This document shows positions 31,877 to 40,022 of a stretch of DNA of 64,000 nt, piece after piece. Both the position numbers and the translations under genes were made by a program. The notes beneath the pieces are model-generated. The model ran no database searches. It was not told the origin of the DNA and saw only the letters and a program-made list of their open reading frames with translations. Every line of letters starts with the position of its first letter. Position 1 is the first letter of the stretch. This DNA is from Gammaproteobacteria bacterium (GTDB lineage Bacteria > Pseudomonadota > Gammaproteobacteria > Steroidobacterales > Woeseiaceae), in the NCBI GenBank assembly GCA_029863705.1, contig JAOTUU010000003.1, positions 1,200 to 65,199 of the forward strand. Reading direction: 5' to 3'.

Positions 31877-32352
31877 TAGTGTGTCTCCTCGCCTTCGGCC
31901 TGTGCTGCGGCCTGCTGCTGCAACGACTGCAAGTACAGCGCGTCAAAATTGATGGGTTGCAAGACGAATTCCGGGAAGCCGCCCTTCTGAATCGTTGCGG
32001 CGATCGCCTCACGAGCGTACGGGAACAGGATGTTCGGGCAGAAGCTGCCAATAATGGCCTTGAATTCTTCCTTTTCGTAACCCGATATGTCGAACAGCCC
32101 GGCCTGGTGTAGCTCGATCAGGAACAGAGTTTTGTCTTCTTCTTTGGCCTCGACAGTGATCGTCAAAACAACTTCATGCACATCATTTTCGACTTCATTG
32201 TGGCTGCTGCGCAGGTTGAGATTTGTCTGCGGCTTCCATTCGCCCGAGCGAAAAATAGCGGGTGATTGTGGCGACTCGAATGAAAAATCTTTCATGTAAA
32301 CTTTAGCGATGGAGATGCGCTTGCCGTCGCGACCCTGTTGTTCGTCAGTCAT
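31876..32352 (-). CDS. secB: protein-export chaperone SecB
   Basis: 158-aa ORF. IAKVYMKDFSFESPQSPAIF and FCPNILFPYAREAIAATIQKGGFPEFVLQPINFDALY are classic SecB sequences, and the C-terminus is acidic. Confidence 0.95.
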   Translation of the reverse strand: MTDEQQGRDGKRISIAKVYMKDFSFESPQSPAIFRSGEWKPQTNLNLRSSHNEVENDVHEVVLTITVEAKEEDKTLFLIELHQAGLFDISGYEKEEFKAIIGSFCPNILFPYAREAIAATIQKGGFPEFVLQPINFDALYLQSLQQQAAAQAEGEETH

Positions 32353-32418
32353 GTCTTCGTCCTGAGTTAAATAGAATATCGTTGTGAGCTGCGCACAACG
32401 AACTTAAGTGTCCAACAG

Positions 32419-32874
32419 CTATTTCTTGCCCTTGCCCTTGCTTTTGGTTTTCTTGGCGGTGACAACCGGCAGACCAGCCTGCGTCCACGCCGTCATTCCA
32501 CCTTTCAAACCGTAAACGCTTTCGAACCCCGTTTTGCGAAGAGAGTCCACGGCCTTGTTTGAGGATACGCCCGCATCGCAGACAGCGACAATCGGCTTGT
32601 CTTTGAACTTGGCGATTTTTTCGATCTGCGCATCGAACTCGGCAAACGGAATGTTCTTTGCGTTAACAATATGGCCCTGAGAGAAAGCCTCAACACTGCG
32701 CAGGTCTATGACCGTCGCGTCGTTGTTCATTAAAGTGACGGCCGCCGTTGGCTCGATGTTAATCAGGCCGCTGGCCTTGCGTCGAAGCTCGCTAAAAATG
32801 AGCACGAAAAGGCTGACCGTGAGAGCAACCACCAATAACGTGTGATTGGCAGCAAATTCCAGATATCTGTCCAT
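32419..32874 (-). CDS. membrane-anchored rhodanese-domain protein (YibN-like)
   Basis: N-terminal TM (HTLLVVALTVSLFVLIF) and a rhodanese domain with the active-site loop VAVCDAGVSS. Its position next to secB/gpsA and envC matches E. coli yibN. The C-terminal tail is lysine-rich. Confidence 0.8.
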   Translation of the reverse strand: MDRYLEFAANHTLLVVALTVSLFVLIFSELRRKASGLINIEPTAAVTLMNNDATVIDLRSVEAFSQGHIVNAKNIPFAEFDAQIEKIAKFKDKPIVAVCDAGVSSNKAVDSLRKTGFESVYGLKGGMTAWTQAGLPVVTAKKTKSKGKGKK

Positions 32875-32948
32875 GAGTTTTGATTTCGAGGCCCGCGGTG
32901 GCGCGCCCGGCTTGTGGCAAAGGACGCATTATACCAAACTGCCGAATC

Positions 32949-34106
32949 ATGAAAGCGCTCATGCCGGCCTTATTTGTACTTCTCCTTGCCCTGCCCTCAT
33001 TCGCCCAGGAATCAGGCGGTGAACTGGCGAAGATCAAGGAGCGAGAGCTCGAGCAGGTTCGCGACAAGATCAGTGACCTTAAAAAGAGCATGGACCGGAG
33101 CGCCTCTGACAGGGACCGGCTAACGGCCGACTTGCAGGAAGCGGAGGTCGAGATTTCCGAGAAGCGAATCCGGCTCAAAGAGCTGCAGCGCGAGCGTGAT
33201 TTCAGTGCCCGGCGCAAGGCGGAGCTTGACGCACAGCTTGCACGGCGTGAAGCAGAACTCGACGAGGAATCCAGCGAGCTTGCGACGCAGGTACGCGCAG
33301 CCTATATGAGCGGCTCCCAGGAGAAAATCAAGCTGCTGCTAAACCAGCGCGATCCGGCGACGATTGGGCGCCTCATGGCCTACTACGGTTATCTGAGCGA
33401 GTACCGTTCTGAAAATATCGAGGTCGTTACAGCAGCCATTCGTGACCTGGCGCAGCTGCGCAGCCAGGTTGCCGCTGAAGAAGCGCGAATAGCTCAGCTG
33501 GCCAAGGCTCGCTACGATGAGCTTTCGAAGCTCGGCGTGGCCCAGGACAAACGAAAAGCCCTGCTTGCAAGCCTCAAGGAGAGGATCTCGGGCCAAGGTC
33601 GTGAAGTCGAACGCTTGGCCGCGCAGGAGAAAGACCTGTCGAGGCTGATTGCCGAGCTGACAAGCATTCTCTCCGATTATCCGATTAGCTCAGAAGCGCC
33701 ATTCACCACGCACAAGGGTCGGCTGACCTGGCCGGTAGCCGGAACGCTGGCCCATGATTTCGGGCAGCCTCGAGTCGCGGGTCAGTTGAAATGGAACGGT
33801 GTGGTGCTTGCGGCGCCAAGGGGCAAAGAGGTCCGCTCCGTGTATCACGGTCGTGTCGAATTTGCCGACTGGCTCGCCGGCTTGGGCCTGCTGGTCATCG
33901 TCAACCACGGCGAGGGTTACATGACCCTGTACGGCTACAACGAGACGATTCTCAAGAATACAGGTGACTGGGTCGCGCCTGGCGACGTCATCGCAACAGT
34001 CGGTGATAGTGGCGGCCAGGCTCAGCCTGGGCTGTATTTCGAGATCCGCAAAGGCACCCAGCCAATCAATCCGCGCCAGTGGATAACGCGTCGGCCAGGG
34101 CAGTGA
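32949..34106 (+). CDS. envC: murein hydrolase activator EnvC-like (coiled coil plus degenerate M23/LytM domain)
   Basis: Start at ATG 32949 (MKALMPALFVLLLALPSFAQE is a signal peptide). Long coiled-coil segments are followed by a C-terminal LytM domain (GRVEFADWLAGLGLLVIVNHGEGYMTLYGYN, GLYFEIR). Synteny is yibN-envC-ctpA-yibQ. Confidence 0.8.
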   Translation: MKALMPALFVLLLALPSFAQESGGELAKIKERELEQVRDKISDLKKSMDRSASDRDRLTADLQEAEVEISEKRIRLKELQRERDFSARRKAELDAQLARREAELDEESSELATQVRAAYMSGSQEKIKLLLNQRDPATIGRLMAYYGYLSEYRSENIEVVTAAIRDLAQLRSQVAAEEARIAQLAKARYDELSKLGVAQDKRKALLASLKERISGQGREVERLAAQEKDLSRLIAELTSILSDYPISSEAPFTTHKGRLTWPVAGTLAHDFGQPRVAGQLKWNGVVLAAPRGKEVRSVYHGRVEFADWLAGLGLLVIVNHGEGYMTLYGYNETILKNTGDWVAPGDVIATVGDSGGQAQPGLYFEIRKGTQPINPRQWITRRPGQ

Positions 34107-34202
34107 AAACGTGACAGGCGCATGGTGTCGCTGTCTCGGCCTATGTTATCGTCGGTGATCCTGCTCGAACAATGGTCACTAGCAGGGCGCCAGGAGAAGA
34201 GT

Positions 34203-35420
34203 ATGTCATTGAAAACCAGAGCGATTCTGGTTTTAGTCATCGGTACCGTGATGGGTCTGAGCCTGTCTTTTGGCGGTGGCTTTCTGGCGCAGCAGCGACC
34301 CGCCGAGGAAGGCCTCGCCTGGGACAAGGCGCGCCTGTTCGCCGAGGTCGTGGAGCGGGTCAAGCAGGACTATCTCGAGCCCGTTGACGACAGCGCGCTA
34401 CTTGAGGCCGCCATCCGCGGCATGGTCAGCGATCTTGATCCGCACTCACAATACCTCGATGCCGATGAATATCGAGACATCCGCATCGGCACAACCGGCA
34501 GCTATACCGGCATCGGCATTGAAATCACGGAGCTCGATGGCGCCGTGCGCATCATCACGCCAATCGCGGGCTCACCGGCGGCGAGATCAGGGCTGCGCAG
34601 CGGTGATCAGGTAATTGCCGTCGATGGTACAGCTGTAGAAGCAAATAACCTTCAGGAAGTTATCGGCAGTATGCGCGGCAAGGCCGGGTCAAAAATCAGC
34701 ATTACCGTGGCACGCAACGATGACGCTATTGTTTACGAAATGCGACGAGAGGTCATTCGCGTCGCCAGCGTGCACCATGAAGTGCTGAACCCGTCGTACG
34801 GTTACGTGCGGGTCAATCAGTTTAGCGAAACAACAGCGCGGGAATTGAGCCGGGCTATCGACGAACTACAGGATAGCAAGGGCGGTATGCTCGAAGGCCT
34901 TGTGCTGGATTTGCGCAACAATCCCGGCGGTGTGCTGGATGCCGCTGTCGATGTCTCTGACCTTTTTCTCGATTCCGGCGTCATTGTGACGGCGCAAGGT
35001 CGCACAGCGGACTCGCGTTTCACGCGCTCGGCACACCGCGGTGACGTGCTCGACGGCGCCGACATAATCGTACTCGTTAACAAGGGCTCTGCATCTGCTT
35101 CCGAAATCGTCGCTGGCGCGCTGCAAGATCATGGTCGTGCGGCCGTGCTGGGCACCGACACTTTCGGCAAGGGGCTTGTGCAAACGGTTATGCCGTTGTC
35201 CAGGGGGCGCGCTATCAAGCTAACGACCTCACGCTACTTCACACCATCGGGTGATTCGATTCACAAAACGGGCATCACGCCGGATGTTTTCGTCGAAGAC
35301 ACGCCAGGCTTTCCCGACCTGAGTCTGACGGGCACGATCGATCGTGAGAAGGATGCGCAATTGGTCGCGGCAGTGGAGCGGCTGCAGCATCGCCAGGTAA
35401 TGCATAGCAAAGCGAAATGA
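34203..35420 (+). CDS. ctpA: S41 carboxy-terminal processing protease
   Basis: Start at ATG 34203 after the AGGAGAAGAG RBS. PDZ region (GIGIEITELDGAVRIITPIAGSPAARSGLRSGDQVIAVDG) and S41 catalytic region (LVLDLRNNPGG, VLVNKGSASASEIVAGALQD, GKGLVQT). Confidence 0.9.
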   Translation: MSLKTRAILVLVIGTVMGLSLSFGGGFLAQQRPAEEGLAWDKARLFAEVVERVKQDYLEPVDDSALLEAAIRGMVSDLDPHSQYLDADEYRDIRIGTTGSYTGIGIEITELDGAVRIITPIAGSPAARSGLRSGDQVIAVDGTAVEANNLQEVIGSMRGKAGSKISITVARNDDAIVYEMRREVIRVASVHHEVLNPSYGYVRVNQFSETTARELSRAIDELQDSKGGMLEGLVLDLRNNPGGVLDAAVDVSDLFLDSGVIVTAQGRTADSRFTRSAHRGDVLDGADIIVLVNKGSASASEIVAGALQDHGRAAVLGTDTFGKGLVQTVMPLSRGRAIKLTTSRYFTPSGDSIHKTGITPDVFVEDTPGFPDLSLTGTIDREKDAQLVAAVERLQHRQVMHSKAK

Positions 35421-36172
35421 GCCGCTGCCGATTCCTGCTCGCGACGATCATCATGTCGCTTACGGCGCACAGTGCGGCGTACTCGCCATCCCGAATAGCC
35501 ATCATAATCGACGACCTGGGCTACCAGCTTGCTGCCGGGCGACGCGCAATAGACATTCCCGGCCCGTTGGCTTTCGCCGTGCTTCCGGGAACCCCAAAAG
35601 GTGAATTGCTCGCGAGGATCGCGCACAGCCATGGCAAAGAGGTCCTGTTGCACTTGCCACTCGAGCCGGTCGAGTACAGTGGCCCGGCAGAGCCCGACGG
35701 TATTCTGCTGGACATGAGTCGTGAGCTGTTTCGGAGCACATTCGCAGACGCAATAGACTCGGTGCCGTTTGCGATTGGCGTTAGCAGCCACCGCGGCAGC
35801 CTTCTGACACGACACCCAGGTCATATGGAGTGGTTGATGGAGGAGATACTTGAGCGCGACAACCTGTTTTTCATAGACAGTTACACGACGCACCATAGCG
35901 TCGCGTTAAAGGTCGCCGCCGAAGCCGGGGTTGCGGCAACGAAGCGGGATGTGTTTCTGGACCATGACCCTTCCGCCGCCGCCGTGTCGCGGGAATTCGA
36001 GCGCCTGAAATCGCTGGCGCGCAAGAATGGCCACGCGGTTGGTATCGGTCACCTCAATCCAGCAACACTCGACTACCTTGAGCGGGAGCTTCCTACCCTT
36101 GAAAGTAAGGGCTTTGAGTTGGTATCGATTAGCCAGCTGTTGTCGTCACAGCAGTACGGAAGTGAAACCTGA
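35417..36172 (+). CDS. divergent polysaccharide deacetylase family protein (YibQ-like)
   Basis: 251-aa ORF with a signal peptide, then RIAIIIDDLGYQ, FAVLPGTP, LLHLPLEP and GVSSHRGS motifs typical of YibQ/DUF610. ATGA overlap with ctpA. Confidence 0.8.
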   Translation: MSRCRFLLATIIMSLTAHSAAYSPSRIAIIIDDLGYQLAAGRRAIDIPGPLAFAVLPGTPKGELLARIAHSHGKEVLLHLPLEPVEYSGPAEPDGILLDMSRELFRSTFADAIDSVPFAIGVSSHRGSLLTRHPGHMEWLMEEILERDNLFFIDSYTTHHSVALKVAAEAGVAATKRDVFLDHDPSAAAVSREFERLKSLARKNGHAVGIGHLNPATLDYLERELPTLESKGFELVSISQLLSSQQYGSET

Positions 36173-36789
36173 TGGGCTGGTACGACGACCGGATACTGCC
36201 AAAACTTGTCGACCTCAGCTGTGGCACAAAGCCAATCCACAAGCAACGCGAGAAGGTCGTGCCGCTGGCCGCCGGTGATGTTCTGGAAATCGGTTTCGGC
36301 GGTGGGCTAAACCTGCCCTACTATGATCGCGATCAGGTGAGAAAAGTCTGGGGTCTTGAGCCGTCTGCGGGAATGCGCAAGCGAGCCAGAAAGCGGATCG
36401 CAACAACGGACATCGACGTTGAGCTAATCGATCTGCCCGGCGAGGAAATTCCGCTGCCCGACAATAGTGTCGACACCGTCCTGGTGACTTACACGCTTTG
36501 TACGATTGCTGATGTTTCTGCCGCACTGGCAGGCATGCGCCGAGTGCTCAAGCCAGATGGACGACTGTTGTTCACTGAACACGGGCGAGCACCTGATGCG
36601 GGTGTGCGTCGTTGGCAAGATAGGTTAAACCCCGGCTGGAAAAAGCTGGCCGGCGGCTGCAATATGAATCGGGACATTGCGGGGACAATAGAGGGCGCAG
36701 GCTTTTCGCTTGCTGAGGACAATCGAATGTACATTCCGGGCATTCGCATCCTGAGCTACCACTATTGGGGAACTGCGAGGCCACGCTAG
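36172..36789 (+). CDS. class I SAM-dependent methyltransferase (Methyltransf_11-like)
   Basis: VLEIGFGGGLNLPYY is motif I, and VLKPDGRLLFTEH is the post-II/III region. The start overlaps the yibQ-like stop (TGATG). Confidence 0.75.
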   Translation: MGWYDDRILPKLVDLSCGTKPIHKQREKVVPLAAGDVLEIGFGGGLNLPYYDRDQVRKVWGLEPSAGMRKRARKRIATTDIDVELIDLPGEEIPLPDNSVDTVLVTYTLCTIADVSAALAGMRRVLKPDGRLLFTEHGRAPDAGVRRWQDRLNPGWKKLAGGCNMNRDIAGTIEGAGFSLAEDNRMYIPGIRILSYHYWGTARPR

Positions 36790-36801
36790 GTCAAATCGAA
36801 C

Positions 36802-37608
36802 ATGACGATTAATAATATGAAGGTACTGGTCCCGATTCTGATAACGATGCTTGCAGCATCATCCGCGAGCATGGCACAGGAAGGTGAAACTGCCTGCACC
36901 ATGCAATACGAACCCGTTTGCGGTGTGGACGGGCAGACCTATAGCAACGAGTGCGTTGCAGGCGCCGGTGGCGTAGAAATTGCGAGTCAGGGCATGTGCC
37001 AGACTGGCGAGTCCGGCTGCAGCGAGGCCTTCGACCCGGTCTGCGGCGTGGACGGCAATACCTATGTTAACGAGTGTTTTGCAGAAGCCTCCAACGTACA
37101 AGTTGCTGGCTTAGGCGCTTGCACGGCAAACGGCTGCCCAAGCACTGGAGATCCGGTCTGCGGCATGAATGGGCGCACATATTTGAACCGCTGCGACGCC
37201 GATGCCGAGCGTGTACCGGTGCAACGCAAGGGTCTGTGCGATGTGCAAAATTGCCCGAAAGTATTCTCGCCCGTCTGCGGCGATGACGGCGAGACCTATG
37301 AGAATGCGTGCAACGCCGAGAAAGCTGGAGTAACGACTTTCACTGTGGGCATCTGCAACGTACGCGCCTGTCCGGCGTTATTCATTCCGGTGTGTGGGTC
37401 GGATCGACTTACCTACAGTAACGCGTGTCAGGCAGAGAGGCGGGGAGTGCGCATTGATTACGCTGGCATGTGTGAGGGCCAGGGTCGCAATTGCCCGCGC
37501 GACTACGCACCGGTATGTGGCCTCGACGGCGTCACCTATGACAATGAATGCCAGTTGGGCAATGCCAACATCGATAAAGCCTATGCAGGGGCGTGCCTCG
37601 GCGACTAA
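36802..37608 (+). CDS. secreted protein with six tandem Kazal-like serine protease inhibitor domains
   Basis: Signal peptide (MTINNMKVLVPILITMLAASSASMAQE) followed by six ~41-aa repeats of the form C-x7-C(PVCG)-xDGxTYxNxC-x14-C. An example is CTMQYEPVCGVDGQTYSNECVAGAGGVEIASQGMC. The PVCG..TY.N.C core is the Kazal signature. Confidence 0.8.
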   Translation: MTINNMKVLVPILITMLAASSASMAQEGETACTMQYEPVCGVDGQTYSNECVAGAGGVEIASQGMCQTGESGCSEAFDPVCGVDGNTYVNECFAEASNVQVAGLGACTANGCPSTGDPVCGMNGRTYLNRCDADAERVPVQRKGLCDVQNCPKVFSPVCGDDGETYENACNAEKAGVTTFTVGICNVRACPALFIPVCGSDRLTYSNACQAERRGVRIDYAGMCEGQGRNCPRDYAPVCGLDGVTYDNECQLGNANIDKAYAGACLGD

Positions 37609-37613
37609 GGCAG

Positions 37614-40010
37614 CTACCAGGCGGGTCGGAGACGGCCGTTCTCGTCGGCCTGATATGGCATCCAGGCAAGTCCGATCAGCGGCACATGGATATCTGTACT
37701 CTTCGCGCGAATGATGACCTCATCCAACTCTTCGGCCTGAGCGTCGAAAGAGGTGTCCAGTGTCTCGACTTCTTTAACCAGCTCCTGGTTCAGCGCTTCG
37801 ATGTCCGCCTTTACCTTGGCTGCGGTTTCCTCGGCGCGCTTAATGTCCGCAGACTCCTTGCGCGCACCACTGGCAGTCTTTATCGCCGAGCCAATACGTG
37901 TGGCGGATGAGGTCGAGACGCGTTTGCGGCCAAGAACCGCGCCGAGGATAGCGGTGCCAAATGATACGGCTGTGTCGAGTTTCTTTTTGGTCGCTTGTTG
38001 TTTTTCACGATCTATAGATTGATGCGCACGCAACAGGCGATTCTCCAGCGTGGTGACTTTGCTCGCGTAGCGCTTACGAATCTTGGCAACGGCCTGATCG
38101 CGCTTTTCGTTTGCGACGGTCTGCAGGCGCGCGCGAAAATCCCCTTCCGCTTCACCCGATTCCGAAGACAGCTTGAAGCGCTTGCTGCGATACAGTGAAA
38201 TCGTCTCGTTTTGCCGCAACCAGCGTTTGAAGTCCCTGTTCCACGCTGTGTAGTTCTTCGCTACAGAAGCACAAGCGGGACACTCTACGTACGTCGCATC
38301 TTCCTCGCCACGATCTTCAAGGTCGTCGATGTTGATTTCAACGGCGTCACTATTGTCCCAATCGACGTTGACGGGGCCATCCTCGAACTCCACCGTGTAA
38401 ACACAGGCGCGCTCGCCTTCGATTTTATTGCGTACGCTGTTGTAGGTGATTTCAGCCGCAGCGATGAGCCGCGGGTGATACACAACGCCCTCGCCCATAC
38501 CCGGTACGAAATACTGTTCAACGGATGGCGGCAACGTGGGCGCTATGGACTCGCTACGTCGCTTGGGCTTGCTTACTGTGCGCACCGCGGCCGCGCCCGT
38601 CGCTTTGATTTTCGACATCAGGGCCTTGATGCTGTCGCGCGTCAACGGCCCGGCAAGATACGACAAGACCCAGCGCGTGTTGAACACGACGGCCTCGTTT
38701 TCATGCACATTGTGTAACAGAAAGCGGCGTTTGCCGAGCCCGGCGAGCGTTCGCTCCATTTTTTGTTTGTTGAAATTTCCGTCACTCGCGCCTTCGAGTC
38801 CTTCCATGACCCGCGCTTTGTCACGCTCGGTTTGCAGTCGGCCGATAAACCAAGTGCCGGTATTGGAAAGCCCCTTGTAGTCGAGGTCGACGGGGTTTTG
38901 CGTCGCGAGCACCAGCCCCAGCCCGTAAGCGCGCGCCTGTTTGAGCAAGGTCAAAAACAGTCTCTTGGACGGCGGGTTTGCAACCGGCGGCATGTAGCCA
39001 AAGATCTCGTCCATGTAGAGAATTGCGCGCAGGCTCGACGTGCCCTGCTGTGCTCGCATCCAGCTGATTAGCTCGTTGAGTAACATCGAAACGAAGAACA
39101 TGCGCTGCGCATCATCGAGGTGCGCGATTGACATTACTGAAATTCGCGGCTTGCCCTCGACAGTGTAGAGAAGGCTCTTCGCGTTGAGCGGCTCACCCTG
39201 CATCCAGGCCTCAAAACCAGGCGCCGCCAGCAGGTTGTTCAGGCGCATCGCCAGCGCGAAGCGATCCTTTGCGGGGAAGAAGGAGTCGAGCGTCATGACG
39301 CCGACTTTCGTTATCGGTGGATCCTGAATTTCGGCTATCAGGCTCGCGACATCGAGGCCTCGGCCTTCGCGCCAGGAGTGATCCAGCAATCGCGAAATCA
39401 GAATGTGTTCGCGACTCGATACGGGATCGGCGTCGATACCGAGTAAGGTCAGGATGCCGGTGGCGGTAGCCTGGACCCGCTCACGGTAGAGATCAGCGTC
39501 ATCAATGAGCGCCGCATCCGGGGCAGCAAAGGACTGCAGCACAGAAATCGGCAGCCCGGCGTTGCTGCCGGGCGTGTAGATTGCCATGTCGACGTTTTTG
39601 CGTAACTGGCCAATACGTGCGCCGGTCTGGCCCCACTGCCCGAGCCCCTTTTTCCACAACGCAGCCTGGCCTGCGGCGAACTCGTCTGGCGTTTGGCCGT
39701 TGTCCGTCGCGCTACGAGCATTAACCCAGGGTCGAAAGTCCTCCGCGCGCAGCTGCGGGAACGTGAGCATGATGTTGCCCATGTCCCCTTTCGGGTCGAT
39801 GGCGATGACCGGGATGTGGTCAAGCGCGGCTTCCTCGAGAATGCCAATACCAAGCCCGGTTTTCCCCGACCCCGTCATGCCGATGATGACAGCGTGCGTT
39901 GTCAGATCTTTCGCATCGTACAAGACCAACTCTTCGGTGAGGTTGTCTGCCTCCGTGTCGAAACGTTTACCGAGGTAGAACGCACCAAGTTTTTCAAAAT
40001 CGTTCATCAA
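37614..40010 (-). CDS. HerA/FtsK-superfamily P-loop ATPase (DUF853/YjgR-like N-terminal half) with long C-terminal coiled-coil extension
   Basis: 798-aa ORF. Walker A is AVIIGMTGSGKTGLGIGILEEA followed by PVIAIDPKGD, Walker B is AILYMDEIFGY, and LVLATQNPVDLDYKGLSNTGTWFIGRLQ resembles the HerA-like/YjgR sensor region. The C-terminal ~250 aa are charged and coiled-coil-like. Confidence 0.6.
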   Translation of the reverse strand: MMNDFEKLGAFYLGKRFDTEADNLTEELVLYDAKDLTTHAVIIGMTGSGKTGLGIGILEEAALDHIPVIAIDPKGDMGNIMLTFPQLRAEDFRPWVNARSATDNGQTPDEFAAGQAALWKKGLGQWGQTGARIGQLRKNVDMAIYTPGSNAGLPISVLQSFAAPDAALIDDADLYRERVQATATGILTLLGIDADPVSSREHILISRLLDHSWREGRGLDVASLIAEIQDPPITKVGVMTLDSFFPAKDRFALAMRLNNLLAAPGFEAWMQGEPLNAKSLLYTVEGKPRISVMSIAHLDDAQRMFFVSMLLNELISWMRAQQGTSSLRAILYMDEIFGYMPPVANPPSKRLFLTLLKQARAYGLGLVLATQNPVDLDYKGLSNTGTWFIGRLQTERDKARVMEGLEGASDGNFNKQKMERTLAGLGKRRFLLHNVHENEAVVFNTRWVLSYLAGPLTRDSIKALMSKIKATGAAAVRTVSKPKRRSESIAPTLPPSVEQYFVPGMGEGVVYHPRLIAAAEITYNSVRNKIEGERACVYTVEFEDGPVNVDWDNSDAVEINIDDLEDRGEEDATYVECPACASVAKNYTAWNRDFKRWLRQNETISLYRSKRFKLSSESGEAEGDFRARLQTVANEKRDQAVAKIRKRYASKVTTLENRLLRAHQSIDREKQQATKKKLDTAVSFGTAILGAVLGRKRVSTSSATRIGSAIKTASGARKESADIKRAEETAAKVKADIEALNQELVKEVETLDTSFDAQAEELDEVIIRAKSTDIHVPLIGLAWMPYQADENGRLRPAW

Positions 40011-40022
40011 ACCACCCCTGAC

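Noticed and set aside
37614-40010. Considered calling the HerA-like ATPase part of an anti-phage defence system (Sir2-HerA, DUF4297-HerA or NurA-HerA).
   Set aside because: No Sir2, DUF4297, NurA, nuclease or other effector-like partner is adjacent. The neighbours are a transporter and a convergent Kazal protein. It is kept only as an orphan ATPase of unknown role.
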